Both the position numbers and the translations under genes were made by a program. From Camelus ferus (lineage: Eukaryota): DNA of 64,000 nt. Positions within the stretch are counted from its first letter, which is position 1, and each line of letters opens with the position of its first letter. The stretch lies in assembly GCF_009834535.1 (NCBI RefSeq), contig NC_045697.1, positions 19,346,001 to 19,410,000 of the forward strand. Reading direction: 5' to 3'. This document shows, piece by piece, positions 63,969 through 64,000 of this stretch. The notes beneath the pieces are model-generated. The model saw only the letters and a list, made by a program, of their open reading frames with translations. It did no database searches and had not been told where the DNA came from.

Positions 63969-64000
63969 TGCTCCCACTTCCTGTCCTTTGACGGTTCACC

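Overview
Mammalian non-coding genomic DNA (intergenic or deep intronic), most likely camelid (Vicugna/Lama/Camelus). That call rests on tRNA-Ala-derived SINE heads (GGGGA..GGTATAGCTCA..) and young L1 3' tails of the kind seen in camelids. I find no supportable host protein-coding exon, RNA gene, CpG island or CRISPR-like array. The ORF track is explained by L1 ORF2 remnants, one hAT transposase remnant, microsatellites and chance ORFs. A large share of the window is transposon fossil: L1, L2, MIR, L3/CR1, MaLR and ERV1-like LTRs, and hAT elements. Several are nested, some with readable target-site duplications (TSDs): SINE in L1, LTR in LTR, L1 tail in MIR, and a probable twin-primed 5'-inverted L1. 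Between them lie apparently repeat-free blocks with motif clusters that look like developmental enhancers (about 5.8, 30.1-30.4, 35.2-36.6, 39.6-40.0 and 57.0-57.2 kb). One of these contains an ~86-nt irregular hairpin. I cannot support a new biological system from this sequence; the best leads are the hairpin and the candidate enhancers. Repeat names and most boundaries come from eye recognition and are approximate.
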